From Fistulifera solaris (lineage: Eukaryota), in assembly GCA_030295235.1 (NCBI GenBank), contig AP026173.1, positions 310,001 to 374,000 on the forward strand: a stretch of DNA of 64,000 nucleotides, given 5' to 3'. Shown in pieces: positions 46,943 through 59,162 of this stretch. Position numbers and translations under genes: made by a program. The notes beneath the pieces were generated by a model. It was given only the letters and a program-made list of their open reading frames with translations, ran no database searches and was not told the DNA's origin. Every line of letters begins with the position of its first letter. Within the stretch, counting starts at the first letter, position 1.

Positions 46943-47555
46943 GCTTTTTTCGCCGCTCCGTAAATCGCTACGCCCTGTTGTCTCAACTACACTTGCCCTA
47001 CTCAGGATATGAATTGCAGCATCAATGAAAGGAACGGGCTGCTTCTGTTTGTGCCTATAGGAACAGTTGCAATCAATAGGGCGCGAATGAATTTCCAGTT
47101 TACGTGTAACAACGAAAATGACTTTAGCTCAACACGTTAGGGTTTAGGGTTACGTGTCCATTCGTTTTCGGATGTTGCGTGACGTCAGTCGTCGAGCCAA
47201 TCAAAAATTGCTGTGACAGTCGCATGTACTTGCGGTACTCAATACATAGAGCATCCAGTCCCGTTTGCCACGTAGTCGTTTTCCTACGGTTAGAACTGCC
47301 ATCTATGATGTAGCCGGTCGGCTCTCCAGTTATTAATGACGAGAAAGACATCATCGCGAGATACCTGGTAGGAGCAACAACAACAAAACATAACAGCCCT
47401 GCTGTGAGCTGTGAGAAGAATTATTATTATTTTACCATCCGTCTCTTTCTTGCCTTCCATTATACTAGTGAGTTTCGTCATTATTGATTGACGCCGTGTT
47501 CATTTCTTTCCTTCTTCCCAACAAAATAAATTTCGCAATTGTTTCCGAAGACGAT

Positions 47556-48802
47556 ATGCCTCCCCGGGAAGCCGTCGATGAACGACTCGAGGTTGTAGTT
47601 TCCGAATCCCCCATTGCTGTACGAAGACGACGATTGACGCCAACACCCTACACGGAATACAATCCACCTTTTTCAGATTCGAAACGACTCCGACGATCCC
47701 TGACGGGTGATATGACGACGACAGCGGAATGGGTCCAGCGCTGTTGGCAACTGCATTTTGGTGTGTCTCTTTCCGTTTTGATGTTTGGTTACTTCGCCAA
47801 TCAACCTGCCAGGTAGGTAAAAGGACTTTTGTCTGATAGACCGTGTATAGCAATTGTCTCTAACTTTTCATCTCGCAATTTGTTAGTAAATACATTCCCA
47901 TCGATCCGACTTTACTCGTAGGACAGGAATGTGAACGGGCCTTTCTGAATGTTCTATCCTCGTCTCTCGAGGATCCTTTCGCTACTGTGTGCTGTAATGC
48001 AGTCAATATACACGGTATTTGCAACAAGGTATGCTGTTTGATGTGTTGTTCTTCTCTTGTAATCCTAAAACTCATACCTTCACTCAATTCGATGTTTCAG
48101 ACAACACTACCCCTCGGAAGCCGACTCTCGCGTTTCCCGGAGGCGTGGTTAATTCCTTTATTTCCGTTAATACTACGTTGGTGTGTGAATCGGTGGAATA
48201 ATACTATACAAAACAACCACACCATGGTACGCCGACTGGTCCTTTACATAACAATGATGCTAATTCGTGGTGTCATACTGTATCGAGGAATGAATCAAAT
48301 GGAAAACTATTTTCATAGCACCGATGCTTCGTGTTGGTACCAAGAGTACTTACGGGAGGATCAAGCGACTTGTTATGGACGATCCTTTGACTTTTCGGAT
48401 CATGTGGTGTTGTATATGGCGCAAATACTCCCGATTTGTTTGGCCGAAACACTCGAATGCTTACAACAACCTCCTACACTGCCACCACGTCGTATCTTGT
48501 CGACACAAACCATGACATTGTTAACGAGTATGAATGGTGGCATCAATCCAGACGAGGAGACACCTCCGAAAAAGAAATGTCCGAGCGTGCGACCTCTCTC
48601 TGTCGTGATTGTATTCGGGACTCTTTACTTGTATTTGATCACGTTGTGGGGTTCATACCGTACCACGGCTTACTTTCATACGGGCCCTGAAGTCTTTATG
48701 GGATTTGCCGTGAGTCTTTTGCTGCAGTGGCCATTGTATCGTTTGCAATGTTCGGAGCAACCGTTTTTGCGTTATGTACAAGATTGGTTCTTTGGAAAGT
48801 AG
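47556..48802 (+). CDS. FIT/Scs3-like ER membrane protein (two introns, about 47813-47920 and 48029-48100)
   Basis: Several TM segments; FDFSDHVVL and TTAYFHT resemble the two His motifs of FIT-family proteins. Confidence 0.6.
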
Positions 48803-48873
48803 CAGCAAGCAACAGTGCTAGTAAAGAAATTAGAAGTTTTAATTATGCTCTGTGATCAAGCTTGAACTCTTAT

Positions 48874-49705
48874 TTATGCATTCATGGCCGGAAACAATTC
48901 ATGACGACTCGCTTGTCCGAAATAAAGACCCGCCACAACCAAGAGTAGATTTTTAGCGGCTTTGTTATCGCTACACACCGCACGTTGTTGTGCGACCTTT
49001 ACAACAAGTCTACGTAGCGTGGCAGCATCTTGTCGATGCAGGGGCGTTTCCAGCCGCGCCAAGAGTGCATAGCACCACTCATAATATTGTAAAATTCCGA
49101 GTTGCGTGGAAGTAGCCAAATGTTGTAAGACACGACGAATCATGACTTGATCCAGTTGACACACCAGTTGCACCGTCGGCCTATGATACCCTTCCGGTGG
49201 CAGTGCGTCTTTCCAGGCGGCGCTAGTAGCCGCGTCGTCGTCGTCAATAGTTTCTTCAACCTGTCCGGTGCAAAACTGGATCCATCCAGCTCGATCTTTC
49301 ATGGTCGGAACGGCCCCCAGAAATCGATGTTCTTTTCCACCGACTCCTTGTTGATGACACACGCTTAAATACTCGCGTAATTGTACAAATTTCTCTAAAG
49401 TTTGCGCAATCCACGCGGTTTCATGGGGAATTCGTTCTTTCGGCAGGGGGAATTTGCGTGGACAATAGATACTGCAGGGAAGCCGCCGACCCGTCCAAAA
49501 CTTCATATCCAGCCTTGTAAGAAGAACGTTTTGCGTGTGAAGAAGCTACTAGGGATGTATCGGGAATACCGCGAGCTTGCTGGGCAACGAGTTGCAAATA
49601 CTCGGAAGCTTCCATAGTATCGACACTGTCAAACGAGATTTTGTTACTGTTATCGTCGTCGTCAAGGCGTCGCCGTTTCGTCGGTAAGCAGGGCTGTTGA
49701 GACAT
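48874..49705 (-). CDS. GEMIN2: Gemin2 / SIP1 (SMN complex), frameshifted
   Basis: EASEYLQLVAQQARGIPD, PTVQLVCQLDQ, WCYALLARLETPL...LRRL, VAGLYFGQ. Confidence 0.8.
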
Positions 49706-50053
49706 GATTGTCGACCAGTAGAAGGAAAGACGTGCACCGTAGCACTTCTAAAGTAGAAATGAACGAAAGTGAAATGAAAGAAGAAAATGGCGCTGCGTCG
49801 TGCATCGTCGCGTTTCGTCGTCGCGACGATGGAGGAGTCGTCGCGATAATTAAGGTTACGCGTTAACTTATGAGCCATCAAGACGATGATTGATTAGGGT
49901 TCATGCTTATGGTGACGTCACCCACATTTTGACATCAACGAAAACGACGAATGTGAATGAGAATCTGTCTTTAGAATGAATAAACGCAACAGAAAACATC
50001 TAAATTCGGCTTATCGTGGTTACAAGAATGCTTCCACCTTCTAAACAATACAA

Positions 50054-50905
50054 ATGAGACTGACTCTTAGTCGACAAAGGGCTTTCCTAGCAATGGCTCT
50101 ACCGACGGCATCTTCACTTCGTGGTGCATCACCACTTTTTGTTCGACGCTCCCACAGAATGAGCGGAACAGCAGGCAGTCAGGACTATTCCGAAGCGACG
50201 GCCAAGTATTACAAATTCAACGGCTGTTCGGACGACGAAAATAAGAGCTCTGTGACTGTCAACTTTAACACGGGTCACGTTTTGACAACCGATTTGCCCC
50301 TTCGTATGGGAGGAAAGGATCAGGCCTCGCAACCGGTCGAATGCTTGTTAGCGGCTTGGGCGGGATGTACGCAAGCCACGGCCTTATTTGTGAGTCGGCA
50401 AATGATGCGAGAGAATAAGAGTTGTCCTTTACTTGAACGACTGGAATTCGTGAATATTACGGCAACCCGAGATGAACGAGGAGCCTTGGCTTTGCCGATC
50501 CACGAAGATCCGCCAGTACCGAGTCGACTTCATACCCTCACAGGAAACGTTGTTGTGTGGCCCTCGTTCGACGAAGAATCGTTGCAATTGTTGCAAGAGC
50601 AAACCGAATTGCGATGTCCGGTAGCCAATATGCTGATCGCGAGTGGTTGTCGTATGAACGTGAAGTGGATCAATGGAGATGAAAAGAAAATAGAAGAAGT
50701 CTTTCCTAACAGGAACAAGATCAATGATCCATGCTATAGACGTCAACGAGTCGTCGTCTTCTTCGTAGTCATGCTACTCTCTAGAGATCCAGCAACACTT
50801 TTGCATAGTCGCTTCCGGAAAAGAACACAAGCAAGATTAAGGCTAAGGGTCAATTCAATCCCGCTCTCTCCCTTATTCCTTTCCACGTGGAAATTGTTCC
50901 CGTGA
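50054..50905 (+). CDS. OsmC/Ohr family protein (true stop may lie near 50690)
   Basis: TDLPLRMGGKD..SQPVECLLAAWAGC and RCPVANML; the tail after KWINGDEKK looks like non-coding read-through. Confidence 0.8.
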   Translation: MRLTLSRQRAFLAMALPTASSLRGASPLFVRRSHRMSGTAGSQDYSEATAKYYKFNGCSDDENKSSVTVNFNTGHVLTTDLPLRMGGKDQASQPVECLLAAWAGCTQATALFVSRQMMRENKSCPLLERLEFVNITATRDERGALALPIHEDPPVPSRLHTLTGNVVVWPSFDEESLQLLQEQTELRCPVANMLIASGCRMNVKWINGDEKKIEEVFPNRNKINDPCYRRQRVVVFFVVMLLSRDPATLLHSRFRKRTQARLRLRVNSIPLSPLFLSTWKLFP

Positions 50906-51188
50906 CTGAACTCTGCGTAAAAAAAGTACAACAGCCCAAAACAGAGACATTTATTTTCTCGGCGAACGAAATAAAATTTGTTGTGATTGATGATTCATAA
51001 TTCATTCATCAAAATACTGATCGTAAAGCTGTCATTTCTTTTTCCTTTTTCATTCCAAGAACTCATCCTTCCGCTTTTCCTGCAAGTGAAAGAGGCGGAA
51101 TTACGGTACGGAGGGAAAGAAAGGCAATTGACAGAAAGAGCCGCACCTCCGCAATTGAGCAAACAACGACTTTGTCACACAAAACATC

Positions 51189-54100
51189 ATGACTTTATTG
51201 AATTCGTTCACACGCCGTTGCGTTCTTCTTCTTTTTTTTGCTGGGTGCCTTTTCTGCGGCAGCACCCGACTTTATGGGTATTCCCACGACGGCCGGACCA
51301 CTCGATGACGCCAAATGCAATGTCGAAGATTTAGAACAAGCCAATGATTTGCAACTGTTTGTCATTTTACAAGAATTGCGCAATACGACCTTTTTTCGCA
51401 ATTTCTTAGTCGACCTTGATCGTCCATGTCCCTTGCAGTCGTGGAGGAAAAAAGACAGCGAGCAGGAAGAAGAGGAGGAGGAATTTGAATGCGGCGGTAA
51501 TGAAGAAGCGGACGAAGATGCTGAACCCGCTTGTCATGTTGATCTTAGTTCGAATAGCAATCCCTTTTCGTCGAATGCCTTATTTTCCATGGCTACTACA
51601 GGATTCGAATCGAAGGCACAAAAGGATACGTTTAAGTGGCAGAAACAAACCGATATTGTGGTCAAAGACGAAGAGCCTTGCGAAGAACCGCTTCTGCCCG
51701 ATTCCTTTTGGATTGATATTTGCAGTCCTCCCGGAAAAACGGCGGAAGAAAAGCTTGTTAACTTGGCCATGAATCCCGAAAAGAATACAGGATACAACGG
51801 GACGCATATTTGGAAAGCCATTTATGAGGAAAACTGTTTAATGGTTGATGATACGAACAGCAAAGAACTGATGTGTCTCGAAGAACGTGTCTTGTACCGG
51901 CTGTTGTCGGGGCTGCACACGTCCACGACATTATCGATTGCGATGAACTACTATCCGCCATCCAAGCGAAAGGGACGAACCGATTACGAAGCCAATCCGG
52001 ACTATTTTATGGAGAAATTCCATGATAATCCGGAACACATTCGGAATTTGCATTTCTCGTACGTCGTCTTGTTACGCGCCTTGCAAAAAGCGGCACCGGT
52101 GCTGCACGATTTTGATATACGCACGGGGGATATTGTGGAAGATGAAACGGCCAAAGTGCTATTGCGTCGATTGCTGGATTCGGCCATTTTGCAGTCTTGT
52201 TCGAACGTTTTCTCGGCGTTTGATGAATCGCTCATGTTTCAGCAGGATACTCGTTTTGATGTTGTTACTTTGCAGAAGAATTTCAAAGGCGTCTTTCACA
52301 ATGTATCGTCGATTTTGGATTGCGTGCAATGTCAGCAGTGTAAATTGCACGGAAAGATGGCCATGTTGGGGTATGGGACGGCACTTAAAGTACTTTTCAT
52401 GAGAGAAGAGCCACCTGTTATGACTCGAAACGAAATTGTGGCGTTTATCAACACTATTGCGAAGTTCTCTGAAAGCATTCGTCAAGTCCGTGAACTTACG
52501 CATCTTTATTTAGAGAAACAAGAACAAAAAGTGGCCAAAATGAAACAGACAGCCGCCCTTCCGCAACATACCACAATTGCAAGTGGGGATGGAATTACAG
52601 TAGACGCTTTGGATGGTGCCGTGGGTCTCATTGCCAAGTTAGGTCAGGAAAATCTTATCGAATGGAAAAGAGAAGCTGAACTTGTGCAGTTGGCTCTGCA
52701 ACGAAATCCAGAGTTGTTGATTTTGGCAAAACATTACGGTAACGACGTGTCGAAATTTCTCGAACTGGCAAGTTCGATCGGATTAGTCGATACAGAAGCG
52801 CCACTTCCAGATGCCATCATCGTAGGAAGTGGTTTGGCAGGCCTATCGGCCGCTCTCAACATTCTTGATCGAGGCGGAAGTGTCGTGATAATCGAAAAGG
52901 AACACCTACTTGGTGGAAATTCGAACAAGGCTAGCTCTGGTATCAATGCGTACGTCTCACCTGAAGAAGCTGGAGCTGACTCCTTGGATTCATTTCGAAA
53001 TGACACTACCCGTTCAGCTGGGTCGTCCGCCCGTCAAGATTTGATTGATGTGTTGGTTACTAACAGTGGGTCGGCTGTCACATGGCTACGCGAGCGAGTT
53101 GGTGTAGACCTTTCGCTGAAGGCACAGCTGGGTGGCCATTCCTCGAAACGTACACATCGGCCAAGCAACGGTATGGCGGGTGCAGAAATCATTTATGGTA
53201 TGCAGAAGGCTGTCAGAGAGTATGAGCAGACTGGTCGTGTGAAAATATTACTTGATAATCGAGTGAGCTCGCTAGTAACGGATGATAACGGTGCTGTAAT
53301 TGGAGTTGAATGTATCAATGCTGGAACAGACGAGGCATACAAGCTACATGCACCTAATGTAATTTTAGCTACAGGTGGATTCGCTGCTGATCGTTCCTCT
53401 GGATCTTATCTGGAACAGTATCGACCTGAATTGTTGAAGTTCCCCACGACTGCGGGCCCATTCTCTACCGGTGATGGAATCTCCCTTGCAAGAACTTTAG
53501 GTGCGGGAACTGTTGACATGAGTAAAGTGCAAGTGCACCCAACTGGTTGGGTCGATCCTAAAGATCCCGACAATACAAGTAAAGTCTTGGCGGCTGAGCT
53601 TATGCGGGGCGTTGGGGGCATTCTTATCAACAAAGAGGGGGACAGATTTGTCAACGAACTCGGAACAAGAGCACACATCACGGAACGAATGCTCTCTCAT
53701 GACCCCATTTACGAGAAAACAGGTGCATGGGATAAGAGTCGGCCGGTACCAACTTTCTCGCTCGTCCTTTCGTCGTCTGCTGCGGAAGAGGCTAAGAAGC
53801 ATGTGGATTTGTACAGTCACAAAGGTTTACTTACTCGAATAGAGGGTGTGTCTCTTCTTGCACAGTGGATGAATGTACCGAAAGCGAAACTAGTTAAGAC
53901 TTTTCAAGATTACCTAAATGCTTCCAAGGCTGGAAGTGATGCATTCGGAAGAGTTACTTTCCGCAATTTACCGGCCGAGTCGTTGGAAAATGAAGTTTTC
54001 TATGCAGGGACAGTGACACCTGTATTGCATTATTGTATGGGAGGGATTACAATTGACACCGAAGGGTATGTGTTGAATGTGAACGGTGAACGAATACCTG

Positions 54101-54511
54101 GTCTGCATGCAGCGGGGGGAAGTGACCGGGGGTGTTCACGGCGTAAATCGACTGGCTGGGAATTCGCTACTAGAATGCACTGTCTTCGGATCATTAATTG
54201 GACGCAGAATTCCGATCGCAAACCCAGTTAATAGCGGGCCCAAACAAGGTCAGGGAATAAAATCCAACAAAGACACCTTGCTACGCAACGTGTCATCAAC
54301 TGAGCTTCAGCAGCACAATACTGAAGATGATTGTTGGGTTGCAATTCATGGCGTCGTGTACGACCTCACAGAATTTGCAAGTGAGCACCCAGCAGGTCCT
54401 GAGTCTATTTGGAGTCTGGCTGGAGGCGACGGAACCGAAGCTTTCGATGCTGTGCACAATAAAGGACTACTTGAAGACTTTGCCGAAGATCGAATTGGTC
54501 TGCTCTCATAA
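51189..54511 (+). CDS. Ero1 - soluble fumarate reductase (Osm1/flavocytochrome-c type) - cytochrome b5 fusion
   Basis: Ero1: NPEKNTGY, IYEENC, CLEERVLYRLLSGLHTS, DCVQCQQCKLHGK. FRD: GSGLAG, GGNSNKASSGINA, GGHS..RTH, QVHPTG, ELMRG, HYCMGG, GVHGVNRLAGNSLLEC. b5: CWVAIHGVVYDLT..EHPAG..FDAVH. Indels at the T-run near 51235 and the G-run near 54117. Confidence 0.92.
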
Positions 54512-56032
54512 CTATTGTTGACAAGCCCCGACGATTAAGATGAAACATTTGGGTTTCCCGTTTGTCGCTGCAACGTATACTTGGCCGTTAAAAAGTAGGC
54601 CTCCTCGCCCTCTCTTGAGACTGAGAAACTTTGAAGATGAGCTACTCTAGCAAGTTTAGGAACAAATAATGTTGTTTTACATACGAAGAACTTCATAATT
54701 ATCAACTCAACCTAGCGTACTCTACATCTTTCGGAGCATAAAGTAGACAAGAGAACAACAGCAAAAAACGAGGAATTAAACACAAAAGAAAAAGCAAGAC
54801 TCTGATTGGAACAAAGACTCAAGGAATGGAAGAACTTCATGAGTACGTACCCAGCGGATGGTAAAACGAGAATTATACGAAAAGGAAAGTAATCTGTGCC
54901 CATAGATGCCAGTTGCGTACTATCGGGACTAATATCCATTGACAAAAAATATCGTCCTTATGGCTTGGCAAAGCTGTAATGCGCTCCATCTTCGGATAGT
55001 TTTACACGGTGGCGGCACTGCTTGTATCTCCGTGACCGGAATAACATTCGTGATGACGACCCCCAATTTAATGATGAAATAAATTGATTTCCGATTGCAT
55101 ACTACCCCTATGTGGATTGATGATTCATTAAAGGAAAGACGGAGCTGGGTACCCGTAGTAGTCCGTCGTGGAAGGTCCGCAGCAAAGAAAGGGCAATTAT
55201 AAACCGTAGTGGAAGATCGACTATACTTGCAAATATTTTCATTAATAGATATTGTCGGAACGCTGCAACTTGTCCTCAAAAATTGCTTTTCGTAGGCGAG
55301 TCTCGAGAGACAAGCGATCGAAGAAGGCCCAAACCACGCGACAGTGGACAATATTCACGTGTTTGAGACGCAGAAATCAGCTTCAAACGATACGAATCAT
55401 TTCCATGAGACCACGAGAAGCAATGAAACACTCAAGAAAGGCAGTATGATGGGGCGTTGAGCGGTGATGAACGATGAGCACCCCTCGAGCGCACGCGACG
55501 TAATGGCGAGTTTTTCCGCATCTAGGAGTGCGAGGCGCGACAGTCCGCACCGATGCACGATACTCAGGACGATAACGAGTCGATGAGTGATGATGCAAAG
55601 GCATATCAGAGGATATTACGTTGCTTTCAGAGCAAATTTGACATTATGGTGTGATTTTTGTTAAAGCTTGCTGCGGTGTATTATTGCTACGTGATTTGAG
55701 TACCACGTATGCGTACGTGGCGAGGACTACCAAGGCTACGTTACTATTATACAACATACGCTACAAATACGACGATACTGTATCAAAGCCGTACCGCTGC
55801 CGTACATTTTCGCTGCTTGTTCGCACTTTTCGAAGGAATCGCCGTGTTGAAAGGTAAGTTACCATGAAGATCTTTATTAACGTCTATTTTCGGACTCTTT
55901 TGTCTCTTTCTCATGAAAGATGAAGTCTTTACTCACATTTGTGCTTGCTTTTGATGTTTTGAAGGTTTGAAATCGCTTACAAAAAGTACAATTGACAAAG
56001 TCAAGTGTCCGCAGCATCGCAAAGCAAACAAA

Positions 56033-57617
56033 ATGAAAGATAACAAGATTAATCCTATCGTTTGGCACGAAGAGTTGCCGCTTCTCGTGTCGTTAGCTAA
56101 CAAAGTACTCGAAAAGAAGGAGTATATTCGCAAGAGCACTGGGTCTCAGTGGAAATCGAAGCAATGGGTTCCTGCTAGCGGTTTCTCTGTCGAAGAGACG
56201 GTGAATATTGCAATTAGCTTTGGAGACAAATCCAAGGCTTTGCAGCACACAGAGCATAGCGTCGTTCGTCGCGGTGAATTAACCACGCTTGACGCGATCC
56301 TTGACGACAGTTTCAGGATTTTGAGAAAGGAACTGAGTGATATGGCTGCCTTCCAGACGAAGAGTACTGCGTCAGTGAGTGTCGTTACGGGTTCGGCCGC
56401 AGCAGCGTCACTTGATCCTGTAGCTGCTGTTGCTGCAGTGACGGGAGGTGAAAACGGCTGTTTCTGCTGTTTCTAAACGTCCGTATTCGCGGTCGAAAAA
56501 GAATGATGATGGTTCAAAGAAAAACCGCAAAGGACCGAAGAAAGCACGCGTCGCAACCAACGTCGCTCAACAGCCCGTCGCGTCCCGCTTGCCGGCCAAC
56601 AATTCGCGGTCCCTCTCTTACTCCCGATCGACCAGCTGCTTCCTGTTACAGCAAGTAGTAAGGGGCTAGAGAAATGGCAGATCGACAAGTTGATGGACTG
56701 GATGAAAGAGAATGATTACAATTGTTCTCCCGACTGGGCTGCAATTGACGGCCTTGTCGAGAGTAACGGCATGAAGCCATCGCAGATAGTCGCTTGGATC
56801 GCAGAACTGGGAGCGAGTGTTGTTAAGCTCCGCAGTGGTGGTGTTGCTGGTGAAGATTCAATTGGAGTTGCAGTTGAAGTTGCAACCGAGGGAGAAACAG
56901 CCAGAAATCATCACAATCGAAGATGATGATGACGACGACGAAGACGAAGACGTTAGTGTTCGGAGCTCGCTGAAGAGAACGACAAGGATGATGATATCAG
57001 TAGCTTACTTGGACTCTCCGCGGACGAAATGATTGACGACTTTTACGCAAAGTATGCAGGAGTCAGTCTACCAGACGCCCACGGAGGATGTTGATGTCGA
57101 TGTTGCAGGTGATGATAATGATGAAGCTACCGGTACCTGGGATCCGCTCATTGCAGAGTTCTTCGTTATGATGAACGTAGACGAGTTAGATGTTGCTCAT
57201 GACGAAAAGTCAGAGCCCTCTGTCGCAAAGCCGTGCAAGGTGCAACAAGATGCTTGCGACGCTCACAGTAAAGCCCGCAATGCATTTGAGTCCGAGGGTG
57301 AAGCGGCGTTGGAGTCGTCGTGTTTGGAATCACTCGAGTCGTTGGAAGAGCTAGTCTTGGAGCTTGGCTTCAATTTTGATGATGACTGCGAGTGTGGAAC
57401 GTCGAGTTCGTCTGCGTGCGTCCAGGAAGGAACGAAGGACCCGTGCATTGACGGAAAGTCATCAAATTTGTTGCTTGGACCGTTGACTTCCGATGAAGAT
57501 GCGTTGATCAAGGAGCTTGCCTTGTCCCTGTCTGGTGTTGACGAGGATCTTTACAGTCCATCCACTCGTATCCGGTCAGATTCGACGGACAGTATTTTCG
57601 GTTGCTTGCTCCCTTGA
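56033..57617 (+). CDS. Divergent TALE-homeodomain-like protein, copy 4 (frameshifted)
   Basis: MKDNKINP at 56033; LMDWMKENDYNCSPDWAAIDGLVESNGMKPSQIVAW; ends FGCLLP*. Confidence 0.65.
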
Positions 57618-57974
57618 CGGGAGTAATATATGTCGATGGATCGGCATTCGACTTTCTTCCAGTTTGTCTGCATAGCCTTATTGTGATTACCTTCCACTCC
57701 CACTTCGTACTCGTTTCGTACATGTTCCTCCATTGAAATTGCCTTCTCGTTAGTGTTCGTCTCTGCTTTTTCCAATTTACCCCATTCCACCCCACCGCTG
57801 AGAAACTCTTCCATTGTGTTCTGTCTTAATGTTACTTTAGTTAAAATGAAAATTTAGTGATCGAGTTTGCATCGTTATCTTTAGTCCGTATTTGATATCT
57901 AATTCACCTTTTAGTTGCAGTAGACGATCGCTGAGAGAATCCCTGTTTGTGATTTTGGAGACAATGAAATTCAG

Positions 57975-58255
57975 TCTATCCCCGACTTTTTCGCTCACTT
58001 ATATCTACTTGTAGCCAGCTATCTGACAGACCCAGCTCCTCGAATGCGATGGCATATAAAGTAGTCAAATAACTCCCCGATGCCACGCATCGGTCTGTAA
58101 AGGAAAAGACGCATGCCACAATAACCCTGAAGCTATTTTCTTTTCTGAATTCGGCAGGTAAACGAACATCTCTTCGAGCGTAGAAATCAATTTGAGATCG
58201 AGCACGTTCGACTGGACAGTTTCGGCGACGATTTGCTGTCTAAAAAGCTGTCTAT
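57975..58255 (-). pseudogene. Decayed remnant of the membrane-protein gene at 28614..29392
   Basis: GAATGCGATGGCATAT...ACGCATGCCACAATA...GCAGGTAAACGAACATC matches about 28910-29050, in the same position downstream of a homeodomain-like copy. Confidence 0.7.
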
Positions 58256-59162
58256 GCTTCACCTTGATGCAGCGATCGGCAGTTTTCTCGTCACTGGCGA
58301 GCTTGATTCGCAATTCAGGCTCTTGACAGCCGCAGAAAAGGAGGACCACCACCTGCTTCTTCACCGCTCCGCAGAATAGAATCCCAAAGACACGGCTTAA
58401 GCGCAGATTGCAGCGCTCCTCGGCACTATTTCATGTTCATGCGACGACGAGAAGGCAAATCAAACGAACGAAATAGTCGGAAGGAACTTTTGAGACGTCA
58501 ATAAACCACGACGACGCGCACTCGAGCGCATGCTACGCAATCGAGTTTTCATCCTCTTACGTGTGCGAGGCACGACGGACTGCGCCGGTACTCGATACCC
58601 AGGCGGATAATGCGTAGTTGCTTGATGATACAATGGCGTGTCAGAGGATTTAACGTTGCTTTGAGAGCAAAGACAACACCATAATATTATATACTCTATA
58701 AGGTTACTCACTTTTTTGTTTCCAACTTTCGCAAGGAACCCGGAGATGGAAGTGAAACATGATCTAAGTAGTTGTGCGACACGATCTACATATCGACAAT
58801 TGTCCACCTATTTTCGTTCTATAGCTGTTTGTACTTTCGAAACAACAATGAGAAATAGAATGCTCGCACGCGCAATAATCTCGCATCATCGAAAAGACCT
58901 CCTTTTACTTGTATCGTCAATCATTACTACGAGTATGAGAGTTGTTTATTCACTTCAGTGCTGAACGTTTACACTTTTCAAGTCAAGGAAAAACGGAGCA
59001 ATACATGAGCATGCGAAAAGCGGTATCGGAAACGTTCGGAAACGCCACGACTGAATGGAAACGGTGAGATGAACGTTTCCATCATGAAAATGTTGGAAAC
59101 GCCAAGATTCAGGAGCACCTCTAAGCATTTTCTTCTCACAAAGTTCGACAAACGTAAAAAAC

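Noticed and set aside
47137..47152. Interstitial telomere or chromosome-fusion scar
   Set aside because: Only about two repeat units; too short, treated as a possible promoter motif instead.
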